Below, one piece after another: positions 36,965 to 46,274 of a stretch of DNA of 64,000 bases. Each line of letters starts with the position of its first letter. The stretch's first letter is position 1. This DNA comes from an uncultured Gemmatimonadales bacterium (GTDB lineage: Bacteria; Gemmatimonadota; Gemmatimonadetes; Longimicrobiales; RSA9), in NCBI GenBank assembly GCA_963798845.1, contig CAWCUS010000001.1, forward strand, positions 416,001 to 480,000. Reading direction: 5' to 3'. The notes beneath the pieces were generated by a model, which was not told the origin of the DNA, searched no databases, and saw only the letters and a program-made list of their open reading frames with translations. The position numbers and the translations under genes are program-made.

Positions 36965-37783
36965 ATGAGAAAGACGACCATGAAGACGCTGCCGCTGCTG
37001 TCGCTGGCCGCGCTCGTGACGGCGGCGGGATGCGCGCCGAAGCGGGTGAACCAGGCGCCGATCCTCGAGAACGATGACCGGGTGCCGGAGGCGAGCACGG
37101 CTTCCGCGGCCGCGGAAGCGGCCAACCAGCAGGCTTACCAGCAGATGGACCGCGACTCGCTCGCCGCGGAGGCGCTCGCGACGTGCGCCGGCGAGATCTG
37201 CGCGGCGGTGACCCGCGGTGAGCTGGCCCTGGGCATGAACGAGACGCAGGTGCTGGCCGCGACCCGGACCACCTACGACGCGTGGACGGTACGCCGTGCC
37301 GGCGCCAGCGCGGTGCTGGTGCCCCGGAGCGCGCAGTACGCGCCGAAGGACGCCACCGGCGAAGTCGCCTTGGTACAGGTGGCCGAAGGGCGCGTGCGCT
37401 CCTACAGCTACCGTGAGCCGCAGGGGATCCGGGTGGTCAGCACGCCGGCGGAAGCCACGACGGCGGGGCGTGCGGCCGCCATGGCCGACATGCTGGTGCG
37501 CGAGGGCGACGACTACATGGCGCGTGGCGAGTTCGACCTGGCGCTGAACCGGTACGACCGCGCTTCGGTGCTCAAGGTGGACGACCCGGAGGTCACGTAC
37601 CGGATCGCCACCACACTGGACAAGGCGCTGCGGCCGATGGAGGCCCAGATCCAGTATCAGCTGTTCCTGCACCAGATGGAGCTGGAGAAGATCGAGGCGT
37701 ACGGTGACGCCTACGCGAAGATGGCCGACGCCATCGCGCACGCACGCGAACGGCTCATCGTCCTCGAGAAGCGAAACCCCTGA
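36965..37783 (+). CDS. Lipoprotein with C-terminal TPR-like helices
   Basis: Lipobox AAGC; EGDDYMARGEFDLALNRYDRA..DDPEVTYRIA is TPR-like. Confidence 0.65.
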   Translation: MRKTTMKTLPLLSLAALVTAAGCAPKRVNQAPILENDDRVPEASTASAAAEAANQQAYQQMDRDSLAAEALATCAGEICAAVTRGELALGMNETQVLAATRTTYDAWTVRRAGASAVLVPRSAQYAPKDATGEVALVQVAEGRVRSYSYREPQGIRVVSTPAEATTAGRAAAMADMLVREGDDYMARGEFDLALNRYDRASVLKVDDPEVTYRIATTLDKALRPMEAQIQYQLFLHQMELEKIEAYGDAYAKMADAIAHARERLIVLEKRNP

Positions 37784-37805
37784 GCGGGTGACGCGTGTGC
37801 GCCTG

Positions 37806-39257
37806 ATGCGTGCAGGGAGGGTCGCGGTCCTGGCCGCGGTCCTCCCGCTCTCCGGCTGCGCCGCCATGGTCGGCGGCTACGACCTCGCGCCGAACGGGCT
37901 GACCGGCCCCGAGGATGCCCTCCGGCGCGACCTGGCTACACGTGCGCCAGTCACCTACCGGAGCATCACGGAGGGGAAGCGGGAGCTGCCCGGCGACGAC
38001 CTCCTCCGCCTCCTCTACGCCGGCATCGCGGGACGCTACGCCGGAGCGTACGAGGAGAGCAGTCACCTGCTGGACGTCGCCTCGTACCTGGCCGAGGACC
38101 GGGTCACCACGAGCGTGAGCCGGCAGCTGGCCAGCTTCATCACGAACGACCGCGCGCTCGCCTACGTCCCCGGCCGCACCGAGCGCCTCATGATCCCCTA
38201 CATCTCCGCTGTCAACTACCTCGCGGCCGGCGACGCCGACGGCGCCGCGGTGGAGGCGCGCCGGATCGAAGCGCTTCTCGACAAGTTCGACGAAGACGAG
38301 GACCGGGAGGACGCGCCGGCGGAGAGCCGGTTCCTCCACTACTTCGCCGGGACCGTGTTCGAAGCCGCGCGCGACGTGAACGCCGCCGACGTGGCGTACC
38401 GTCGCGCCGGTCCGCTCGCGGAGGCGGTGTCGCCGGGGCAGCCGGAGAAGGCCGCGAACGCCGATTCGCTGGGCGATGTCGTGGTGCTGGTGGAGCGGGG
38501 ATTCGTGCCCCACCGGGTGGAGCAGTCCGTGGTCGTCGTGATCCCGCCGTTCGAGGTCGACCACCTGACCGGAGGATCACCGGGAGAACGGGCGACCGTT
38601 GCAGGCGAAGCGGCGGTCCGCATCCTGGCGACGGCGGCCGGGCTGTACGGGGACCGCAGCAGCTTCTATCACGACCGCGGCTTCGAGCGCGGCATCCGGC
38701 TGGCGCCGTGGGCCGACGCGTGCGCGGACGGCGGCCAGTGCGGCGACGACGACGATGATGAAGACTCCGCGCCCTACCTGCTCCGCATCTCCTGGCCGGT
38801 CCTCTACCAGGAGATGTGGCCGCCGTCGCAGGTGCGCGTGCGATCCGGCGATTACGCCGCGGACGGCGTGGCGTGGCTCGACCTGAGCGAGGCCACGCGC
38901 GCCGATTTCGACGCGGAGCGGCCGACCATGCTCGCCCGCACTGTGGTCCGGGCGGCCGCCAAGGTGGCGATCTCCGCCGGCGTGAAGGAGGCGGTGTCGA
39001 AGAAGGACGAGACTGCCGGCGAAGTCGCCGGCATCCTGACGAACCTCGGAACCATGCTGACCGAGCGGGCGGACACGCGCTGCTGGCAGCTGCTGCCGGG
39101 CTCCATCACCATGGTGCGCATGCGGCTCCCGGCGGGCACCCACGAGCTCACGCTCGAGGCCGGCGACGCCGGCACCCCCGACAGCTCGGTCTACCTGGGC
39201 CCCGTCGAGGTGCGGCCGGGGGAGATCGCGTTCGTCGCCACCCGCCTCTGGCGCTGA
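37806..39257 (+). CDS. COG3014-family lipoprotein
   Basis: Lipobox LSGC; GAYEESS..L, AAVEARR, TERADTRCWQLLP, RLPAGTH; family typically found next to lpoB. Confidence 0.75.
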   Translation: MRAGRVAVLAAVLPLSGCAAMVGGYDLAPNGLTGPEDALRRDLATRAPVTYRSITEGKRELPGDDLLRLLYAGIAGRYAGAYEESSHLLDVASYLAEDRVTTSVSRQLASFITNDRALAYVPGRTERLMIPYISAVNYLAAGDADGAAVEARRIEALLDKFDEDEDREDAPAESRFLHYFAGTVFEAARDVNAADVAYRRAGPLAEAVSPGQPEKAANADSLGDVVVLVERGFVPHRVEQSVVVVIPPFEVDHLTGGSPGERATVAGEAAVRILATAAGLYGDRSSFYHDRGFERGIRLAPWADACADGGQCGDDDDDEDSAPYLLRISWPVLYQEMWPPSQVRVRSGDYAADGVAWLDLSEATRADFDAERPTMLARTVVRAAAKVAISAGVKEAVSKKDETAGEVAGILTNLGTMLTERADTRCWQLLPGSITMVRMRLPAGTHELTLEAGDAGTPDSSVYLGPVEVRPGEIAFVATRLWR

Positions 39258-39380
39258 ACCGCCCTTTGCCCCTGCCCGCCGTTCTGATAGCTTTCCCGTC
39301 CACGGTCCCTCGAACTCGCCGGAGCATGGCGCGCCTTCAAAGCCAAGGGCACACCACTCTATCCCACCGGCTCCACTGAC

Positions 39381-41141
39381 GTGGTGACCGGCACGGCCAG
39401 ACCGCTCCCCGTCTACCCGTCCGTGCCGCCTCCGCGCGGCGACCTGACGCGCGCCCCTCTCCTCGGTCGCTTCCTGCGCTGGAAGCACGCCCGCACCGCG
39501 GTCCAGGTCCCGCTGCTGCTGCTTGCGGCGGTGATCGTGGCCGACGGGCTCTTCGGGCCGCAGGTGGCGCCGGAGAACGCGGCGGGCGTCGGACCCTGGG
39601 TGCAGTGGCGGGGGCTGGTCGTGCTGGCGCTCCTCGTCGCCGGAAACCTCTTCTGCATGGCCTGCCCCTTCATGCTCCCGCGCCGCCTGGCCAAGAAGCT
39701 GTTGCCCGGGAGCCGGAGCTGGCCCGCGTGGCTGAAGGGGAAGTGGCTGGCGCTGGGCCTGCTCGTCGCGTTCTTCTGGGCGTACGAGGGGTTCGACCTT
39801 TGGAACAGCCCATGGCTCACCGCCTGGCTCGTGCTGGCCTACTTCGCCAGCGCCTTCGTGGTGGACGGGTTCTTCAAGGGGGCGGCGTTCTGCAAGTACG
39901 CATGCCCCATCGGGTCGTTCAACTTCGTGAACGCGCTGGCGTCGCCGGCGGAAGTGCGCGTGCGGGACGCCGGCGTGTGCGCGGCGTGCGAGACCAAGGA
40001 CTGCATCACGGGCCGCCGCGAGATCGACCCGCGCTCCGGTGAGCGGCGGCTCGTGCAGTCGGGCTGCGAGCTCTGGCTCTTCCAGCCGCGCAAGGCCGGG
40101 AACATGGACTGCACCTTCTGCCTGGACTGCGTGCAGGCCTGTCCGTACGACAACGTGGGCATCATCGCCAGGATGCCGGGCGCCGAGCTGGTCCTCGATC
40201 CCCGGCGCTCCGGCATCGGACGCTTCACGGAGCGGCCCGACGTGGTCGCGCTCCTCATGGCCGTCGTGTTCGCTTCGTTCGTCAACGCGGCCGGGATGAT
40301 CGGGCCCGTGCAGCCGCTGCTCGAAGGGATCGGTCGCGCCCTGGGCACCTCCAGCGAGTGGATGATCTGGACCGTCTTCCTCGTCGCGACGATGATCGTC
40401 GCCCCCGCCCTGCTGCTCACGGCCGCCACCGCATCCAGCCGCTGGCTCACCGGCGGGGCCGTGCCCGCCCGGCGGCTCGGACTGCGCATGGCCACCGGCC
40501 TCGTTCCGGTCGGCTTCGGCATGTGGGTCGCCCACTACGGGTTCCACCTCCTGGCCAGCGGGCTCACCCTGGTCCCGGTGCTGCAGCGCGCGGCCGGCGA
40601 CGTCGGGCTCGCCGGCGCAGCGCCGGACTGGTCGCTCGGCGCCCTGGTCCCCGCGGCGTGGCTCCTGCCGATCGAGCTCGCAGCGGTGGAGGGCGGGCTC
40701 CTGGGGAGCATCCTGCTCCTCCATTACATTTCGCGCGCCACGCTCGGGTCGGCGCGCCTGGCAAGGCGCGCGTTCGCCCCGTGGGCCGTGCTCGCCCTCG
40801 GCCTCGGCGGCCTGGGAGGTTGGATCATGTCGCAGCCGATGGCCATGCGCGGCATGATGATGCCGGGTATGGGCGCTGAAGGGGGCGTGCCCGGCATGGT
40901 GGATGGCGCGTCAATGCCCGGGATGATGGACGGCGCGCCAATGCCGGGAATGGAGCATGCGGGCGAGGCGCCGGCGGCGACGGGGAGCGCAGCCCCGGAT
41001 CCGGACGGGGACCGGGTCACCCCGCAGCCGTCGACGCAGGGAACGGAACAGGAGAACGGGATGGAAGGAAGGCGGGGAGAGACGCCCCCGGTCGCGCCGG
41101 CGGCCGGCGGAGACCCGGGTGGCGGGAGCCCTCATGGGTGA
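39381..41141 (+). CDS. Membrane 4Fe-4S binding protein (FixG/CcoG/NapH-like) with Met-rich C-terminal tail
   Basis: GNLFCMACP, FCKYACPIG, CAACETKDC, CTFCLDCVQACP; many TMs; tail GMMMPGM..PGMVDGASMPGMMDGAPMPGMEH. Confidence 0.8.
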   Translation: MVTGTARPLPVYPSVPPPRGDLTRAPLLGRFLRWKHARTAVQVPLLLLAAVIVADGLFGPQVAPENAAGVGPWVQWRGLVVLALLVAGNLFCMACPFMLPRRLAKKLLPGSRSWPAWLKGKWLALGLLVAFFWAYEGFDLWNSPWLTAWLVLAYFASAFVVDGFFKGAAFCKYACPIGSFNFVNALASPAEVRVRDAGVCAACETKDCITGRREIDPRSGERRLVQSGCELWLFQPRKAGNMDCTFCLDCVQACPYDNVGIIARMPGAELVLDPRRSGIGRFTERPDVVALLMAVVFASFVNAAGMIGPVQPLLEGIGRALGTSSEWMIWTVFLVATMIVAPALLLTAATASSRWLTGGAVPARRLGLRMATGLVPVGFGMWVAHYGFHLLASGLTLVPVLQRAAGDVGLAGAAPDWSLGALVPAAWLLPIELAAVEGGLLGSILLLHYISRATLGSARLARRAFAPWAVLALGLGGLGGWIMSQPMAMRGMMMPGMGAEGGVPGMVDGASMPGMMDGAPMPGMEHAGEAPAATGSAAPDPDGDRVTPQPSTQGTEQENGMEGRRGETPPVAPAAGGDPGGGSPHG

Positions 41142-42102
41142 CGTGAAGGCGTTCCTGCTCTCCTGGGAGCTCGAGCCGACCATCATCATCGGCATCGTGA
41201 TGGCGGCCGGACTGTACATACGCGGATGGCGGCGGCTCAGGAAGCGGGGACGCGGAGGCAGAATCCTGCGGCCGTGGAGGGCGTGGTGCTTCGCCGGCGG
41301 CCTGGCCTCGGTGGCGCTGGCGCTCCTCTCCCCGATCGCCACGTTCGACTCGATCTTCTTCTTCATGCACATGATCCAGCACGTTCTGCTGATCATGATC
41401 GCAGCGCCCCTGATCTGGCTCGGCGCGCCCATGCTCCCGACGCTCTGGGCGTTCGACCGCCCCACGCGGCATCGGCTGGGGAATCTCTTCCGGCGGCGGA
41501 ACCCGGTCCACCGCGTGTTCCATTTCCTGACGCGGCCGGTCGTGGCGCTGCCGATCTTCGTGCTGGTGCTCCTGGGATGGCACTTCCCGCCACTCTACGA
41601 CGCCGCGCAGGGCCGAACCTTGCTCCACGACCTCGAGCACCTGTTCTTCTTCGGCACCGCGCTGCTCTTCTGGTGGCCGGTCATCCAGCCGTCCGGAGGG
41701 AAGCGGCGCCTGAGCTACGCCGCCGGCATCCTGTACATCTTCCCCGCCAAGCTGGCAGGTCTGATCCTCGGCGCCGGGCTCTCGCTGGCGAGGGAGCCGG
41801 TATACGACTTCTACGCCCGGCAACCCCGCGTCTGGGGGATCTCCGCGCTCGCCGACCAGCAGGCGGGCGGGCTCATCATGTGGGTGTTCGTGGGCGTGCT
41901 CTTCATCATCCCGCTGCTCGCGCTCGTGCTCATGATGATGCGGGAGGACGAGGGCGACCTGTGGACCCCGCAGGCCGTCCGCGATGCCGAGGCTGCCGCG
42001 CGCACCGGCGTCGGGCCGGGCGCCAACCGCCCGGCGGCGGCTGCCGTCTCGCGCAGCGGGGCAGTGAAGACCGCGACACCGGTGGCCGAGCCCGGGCTGT
42101 GA
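41134..42102 (+). CDS. Cytochrome c oxidase assembly factor CtaG (caa3-type)
   Basis: LLSPI..F..HMIQHVLLIMIAAPL, WHFPPLYD, HDLEH, DQQAGGLIMW. Confidence 0.88.
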   Translation: MGDVKAFLLSWELEPTIIIGIVMAAGLYIRGWRRLRKRGRGGRILRPWRAWCFAGGLASVALALLSPIATFDSIFFFMHMIQHVLLIMIAAPLIWLGAPMLPTLWAFDRPTRHRLGNLFRRRNPVHRVFHFLTRPVVALPIFVLVLLGWHFPPLYDAAQGRTLLHDLEHLFFFGTALLFWWPVIQPSGGKRRLSYAAGILYIFPAKLAGLILGAGLSLAREPVYDFYARQPRVWGISALADQQAGGLIMWVFVGVLFIIPLLALVLMMMREDEGDLWTPQAVRDAEAAARTGVGPGANRPAAAAVSRSGAVKTATPVAEPGL

Positions 42103-42614
42103 GCAGGCGGGACGGAAGAACCCGCCGGTCCATGGTCGTCGCGGCGGCGCTCCTGGTCGGCGGGACGGCTCCGCTGCTGGCCAACGGGGGAAAGGTGCGC
42201 GTCTCCCGCGCCCCAGTCGGCCCGTATTTCGTCTCCGTCTACAGCAGCCCGACGCCTTCGCGGACGGGTGGGCAGGACGTGAGCGTGCTGGTGCAGGATT
42301 CGGCCGACCGACAGGTGGACGTCCCGCTCACGCTCGAGGTGCGCCGCGCGGGAGAGCCGGCGGGCTCCCGCACATTCGCCGTCACGCGCGGAGCGGCCAC
42401 GAACAAGCTGTTCAAGGCCGCGAAGTTCGCGCTGGAGGAGCCAGGGGAATGGGATTTCACGGTACGGGTGGGCGACCTGGGGCAGGTCTCGTACCGGGCG
42501 ACGGTGGAGCGCTCGACCCTCCTGGACCACCCGTACCTCATCGCCATGCTCGTCCTGGTCCCCGTCCTGCTGGTCGGCTGGCTGGCGAGTCGGCGGGGGG
42601 ACGCCTCTGGCTGA
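42099..42614 (+). CDS. Exported protein, YtkA/FixH-like Ig domain with C-terminal TM
   Basis: Signal peptide, SPTPSRTG..DVSVLVQD, ATNKLFKAA, EPGEWDFTVRV, C-terminal TM; GTGA overlap with the ctaG-like gene. Confidence 0.55.
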   Translation: MSRRDGRTRRSMVVAAALLVGGTAPLLANGGKVRVSRAPVGPYFVSVYSSPTPSRTGGQDVSVLVQDSADRQVDVPLTLEVRRAGEPAGSRTFAVTRGAATNKLFKAAKFALEEPGEWDFTVRVGDLGQVSYRATVERSTLLDHPYLIAMLVLVPVLLVGWLASRRGDASG

Positions 42615-42621
42615 CCGGCGC

Positions 42622-42981
42622 TCAGTCGCGCAGCGCCGCCACGATGTACCCGGCCACGAACGCTATGGCCAACGAGCGCCACGGCTCGCGGGTGACGGCG
42701 TGGCGGAAGTCCTTCAGCGTCGCCTTCCCCCATAGCTCGTCCTTCTTCCGGCTGAGCTCCGCTTTCTCCCGTCCAAGCCGCACCTCCAGCGTATCCAGCG
42801 TCGCTGACATCCTGGCCCGCGTGCGCTGGATCTCCCGTCGCATGGCGTCGGGAGTGTCCGCGGGCGATGCCGAAGGGCCGCCATCGGCCGCTCCCCTGCC
42901 GTCCATTGCCCGCTCGGCGCGCGTCGAGCGAGGAAGCGCGTGGCTCGGATCCGGATTGTTGAGTTCGATGGAATCGGCCAT
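42622..42981 (-). CDS. DUF3618-like protein
   Basis: PDAMRREIQRTRARMSATLDTL, C-terminal EPWRSLAIAFVAGY helix. Confidence 0.7.
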   Translation of the reverse strand: MADSIELNNPDPSHALPRSTRAERAMDGRGAADGGPSASPADTPDAMRREIQRTRARMSATLDTLEVRLGREKAELSRKKDELWGKATLKDFRHAVTREPWRSLAIAFVAGYIVAALRD

Positions 42982-43129
42982 GGCTCATCGTGGTGAGAGT
43001 TGTGCCGGCGCAATCGGTTGCAAGAGCCGCGCCCCTCGCCCGCACCTTTCCACGGCCCCTCGCGGGCGGCACACGCATTGCACCGTTCGCGGGTACTGAT
43101 CCGAGCCCCGACCTCCCCGGAGGAAACGC

Positions 43130-43645
43130 ATGGCTGCCACGGAACCGACGACCCGAGCCCCATCCCGCTGGCGCTCGCCACCCCCGGACCACCCGCTGCC
43201 GCGCGGGCAGCGGCCCCCCCGCCGCCCCGCCGTGGAGGAGCAGGACGCCGGCGTCACCGACCTCCTGCGGAGCCTCGCCGACGACACCCGCACGCTGGTC
43301 CGCCAGGAGCTGGACCTCGCGCGCATGGAGGTCGTGCGCACGGCCCGGCACCTTACGGTCGATGGGATCTGGATCGCCGCGGGGGCCGGCATCGCGGCGC
43401 TGGGCGGGGTGGTGGTGGTCCTGGGGCTGGCGCTCCTGGTCGGGTATTTCCTGGACTCCTACTGGCTGGGCACCCTGATCGTCGGCGGGTTCCTCCTGCT
43501 GGTGGGCGCGGTGGGAGCGCTCGTGGGCGTACAGCGGCTGCGGTCCCGGGAGCTGGCGCCGAAGCGGACGGTGGACTCGCTGCGGGCCGACGCCACCTGG
43601 GCCCGGACGGAGGCGGATGACTTCAAGCAAGCACTGAAGGAGTGA
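43130..43645 (+). CDS. Holin-X/YqjE-like two-TM membrane protein (phage holin family annotation)
   Basis: DLLRSLADDTRTLVRQELDLARME, two TMs, APKRTVDSLRAD; AGGA RBS. Confidence 0.8.
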   Translation: MAATEPTTRAPSRWRSPPPDHPLPRGQRPPRRPAVEEQDAGVTDLLRSLADDTRTLVRQELDLARMEVVRTARHLTVDGIWIAAGAGIAALGGVVVVLGLALLVGYFLDSYWLGTLIVGGFLLLVGAVGALVGVQRLRSRELAPKRTVDSLRADATWARTEADDFKQALKE

Positions 43646-43647
43646 CC

Positions 43648-44157
43648 ATGGCGGAATTCACTGATCGGCCGCAGCGGGACACCCCCGAGCACCGGGAGCC
43701 GGAGCGGCACGGCGAGCACCGTGCGCCGGAGCGGCACACCGCCGACTACCCCGAGCACGAGACACGCCGTGCCACGGGGATGGGCAACCCTGGCCGGTTC
43801 CCGGATGAGCACCCAATGGAGGGGGAGCACGGCGAGGAAATGCGGGCGTTTCAGCAACGGCGGAGCGACGGTGCCGCGGAATCTCGCGTGCGCCTCGCCG
43901 CCGGCGACCGGATCTCAGACGTGTCGAGTCGAGTCCGCCACCTCGGCGAGGCGGCCGCCGACCGGAACCGCTTCCTCGCCCCCACACGGCCGCTCGCCCG
44001 TGGCGCGGCGGAGGGGCTGGACACGGCCGCGGAGTACGTCCGGACGCACCCGGTCAGCGAGATGCGCGGGGACCTCGAGTCCGAGGTGCGGCGCCACCCG
44101 CTGGCGGCCATAGCCGTGGCGTTCCTGGCCGGCTATACACTGCGTCGGATCTTCTGA
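43648..44157 (+). CDS. ElaB/YqjD-like tail-anchored protein
   Basis: Disordered N-terminus, AAEYVRT..DLESEVRRHPLAAIAVAFLAGY C-terminal anchor; AAGGAG RBS. Confidence 0.65.
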   Translation: MAEFTDRPQRDTPEHREPERHGEHRAPERHTADYPEHETRRATGMGNPGRFPDEHPMEGEHGEEMRAFQQRRSDGAAESRVRLAAGDRISDVSSRVRHLGEAAADRNRFLAPTRPLARGAAEGLDTAAEYVRTHPVSEMRGDLESEVRRHPLAAIAVAFLAGYTLRRIF

Positions 44158-44182
44158 GCCGGTTCCCCGAAACGTCGTAGGG

Positions 44183-44222
44183 CGCGGCCCTGCCGGTCCG
44201 TTCCGGGTCCGGCAGGGCCGCG
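44183..44222. terminator. GC-rich stem-loop between convergent genes
   Basis: CGCGGCCCTGCCGG ... CCGGCAGGGCCGCG 14-bp inverted repeat; no clear U-tract. Confidence 0.55.
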
Positions 44223-44226
44223 TGCG

Positions 44227-45096
44227 CTAGTGGATGACGTCGCCGATCCGACCCGGGCGGATGTTGCGCAGGAAGGCGAAGGGGCGGCGGTGCTGGGGAT
44301 CGTACGAATAGTAGACCACCGTGGCCTTGCCCCGCAGGCGCCACCCGGCGAGGAACCCCCAGTAGCGGGAGTCGACGCTGTCGTCCCTGTTGTCGCCCAT
44401 CATGAAGTAGTGGGCCGGCGGCACGACCAGCGGGCCCCAGTTGTCTCGCGTCGGGTGGCAACCCGGTTGGAGGCTCTCGTCCTCCGGCACCCGGTAGGCG
44501 CCGGAGATGTCGGGGCTCAGGTGCACCGGCTCGCCGCACTGCCACCGCATCCACGGGTGGGCCACGTCGCCCTCGTCGTCGGTGTGCTCCACGTACGGCT
44601 CGTCCTGCCGCACCCCGTTGATGTAGAGCACCTTTTCCTTCATGAGCAGCGTGTCCCCCGGAACGCCAATGATCCGCTTCACGACGTCCAGGCCGGGATC
44701 GTGTGGCGGCCGGAACACGGCTACATCGTGCCGCTTCGGGTGGCTGTAGCCCGGGAAATGGTCCTGCGTGAACGGGATCAGCGGGCCGTATCCCAGCTTG
44801 TTGAGTATCAGGAAGTCGCCCACCAGGAGCGTGTGCTCCATCGACGACGACGTGATCACGAACGTCTGGACCAGGAACGTGCGCAGCACCAGGAACAGGA
44901 GAAGCGCCGCGATCGCCGACTTCGTCCAGTCCATGGCGACCTGACTGCGCGTGCGCGGGCGTCCCAGCCCCCCCGGTCGCACAGGCGGGCCATCCGCAGC
45001 CGCCGCCGTCGCCACCTCGTCCCGATCGCTCATCTCCGCCTCCGCCCCTCCGGCACCGCCGGCGGCGCTCCGTGAACCCTTACGCTTCTTCGCCAC
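44227..45096 (-). CDS. lepB: Signal peptidase I
   Basis: ITSSSMEHTLLVGDFL, VVKRIIGVPGD, MMGDNRDDSVDSRYWG. Confidence 0.95.
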   Translation of the reverse strand: MAKKRKGSRSAAGGAGGAEAEMSDRDEVATAAAADGPPVRPGGLGRPRTRSQVAMDWTKSAIAALLLFLVLRTFLVQTFVITSSSMEHTLLVGDFLILNKLGYGPLIPFTQDHFPGYSHPKRHDVAVFRPPHDPGLDVVKRIIGVPGDTLLMKEKVLYINGVRQDEPYVEHTDDEGDVAHPWMRWQCGEPVHLSPDISGAYRVPEDESLQPGCHPTRDNWGPLVVPPAHYFMMGDNRDDSVDSRYWGFLAGWRLRGKATVVYYSYDPQHRRPFAFLRNIRPGRIGDVIH

Positions 45097-45177
45097 GCTC
45101 CGTCCCCGATCCTGTGTACTCAGCCGCTCACTACGCGGTTCGCGTCCCCCGGGTTCCGGCGGCCGCCGCTGCTCCGC

Positions 45178-45771
45178 TCACCTGCCGGCACGCGCCAGCG
45201 CTTTCCGGATGAGCGCCTTCGCATCCTCTTCGGGACCGTCGTCCTCGATGCTCCGGCGGACGGCCGCGCCCGCATCCATCGCCGAATAGCCGAGCGCCAC
45301 CAGCGCACCGACCGCCTCCTGCGCCGCCGCGCCTTTCACCGACGGACCGGCCGCGCCCAGCGCCAGGTCGTCCAGCTTGTCACCGAGCTCGAGCGCGATG
45401 CGCTCCGCGGTCTTCTTGCCGACCCCCGGGACGCGAACCAGCGTCGCCAGCTCACGGTTCGTGATGGCGCGCACCAGCGCTGCCGGAGTGAGCGTGGACA
45501 TGAGCGAGAGCGCCAGCCGCGGACCGACGCCGGACGCCCCCAGGAGGCGGCCGAAGAGGACCCGCTCCGCATCACCCAGAAAGCCGAACAGCAGCAGGTC
45601 GTCCTCGCGCACCACCTGGTACGTCAGCAGCTGCACCTCCTCGCCCACCCGCGCCAGCTTCTCGAACACCGACAGCGGGATCTCGATCTCGTACGCCACG
45701 CCGCCCGCCGTCATGACCTCCACCTGCGCCGGATCGCGGCGCAGGAGCGTGCCCCGGATTCTGCTGATCAT
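45178..45771 (-). CDS. ruvA: Holliday junction branch migration protein RuvA
   Basis: MISRIRG, GGVAYEI, VREDDLLLFGF, SGVGPRLAL, VPGVGKKTAERI, ALVALGY. Confidence 0.97.
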   Translation of the reverse strand: MISRIRGTLLRRDPAQVEVMTAGGVAYEIEIPLSVFEKLARVGEEVQLLTYQVVREDDLLLFGFLGDAERVLFGRLLGASGVGPRLALSLMSTLTPAALVRAITNRELATLVRVPGVGKKTAERIALELGDKLDDLALGAAGPSVKGAAAQEAVGALVALGYSAMDAGAAVRRSIEDDGPEEDAKALIRKALARAGR

Positions 45772-46274
45772 CGACCGACCACCGCCCGCCCGAGCGCGGA
45801 CAGACGCCCGGTGTGCAGGTGACAGAGCGCCACGGCCACGGCATCCGCCGCGTCGGAGGGAGACGGCGGCTCCTTCAGCCGCAGCAGCTTCTTGACCATG
45901 AACTGCACCTGCTCCTTGGTGGCGCGTCCCGTGCCGGCAATCGCGTTCTTGATCTCCGCCGGCGAGTAGTCGGCCACGGGCAGGTCCAGGAGTCCGGCAG
46001 TCAGCAGTATGGCCCCGCGCGTCTGGCCGAGGAGGACCGTGGTCCGAACGTTCTTCCCGTAGAAGATGCTCTCCACCGCCACCACATCCGGGCTGTGACG
46101 CGCCAGTACGTCCCCGAGCCCCTCGTGGATCTGGCGGAGCCGCTCCGGCAGCTCCGCCTGCGACCGAGTCCGGATCACGCCGCATTCCAACAGCGACACG
46201 GCGCCGCCGTCCCCGCGGACGACGACGCCGTATCCCGTTGCGGCCGTTCCCGGGTCGATCCCGAGAACCTTCAA
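45768..46274 (-). CDS. ruvC: Crossover junction endodeoxyribonuclease RuvC
   Basis: VLGIDPG..TGYGV, VAVESIF, GTGRATKEQV, DAADAVAVALCH. Confidence 0.97.
   Translation of the reverse strand: MKVLGIDPGTAATGYGVVVRGDGGAVSLLECGVIRTRSQAELPERLRQIHEGLGDVLARHSPDVVAVESIFYGKNVRTTVLLGQTRGAILLTAGLLDLPVADYSPAEIKNAIAGTGRATKEQVQFMVKKLLRLKEPPSPSDAADAVAVALCHLHTGRLSALGRAVVGR

Noticed and set aside
43130..43645. Prophage, based on the holin-family gene
   Set aside because: No endolysin, structural, terminase or integrase genes; this family is commonly chromosomal.
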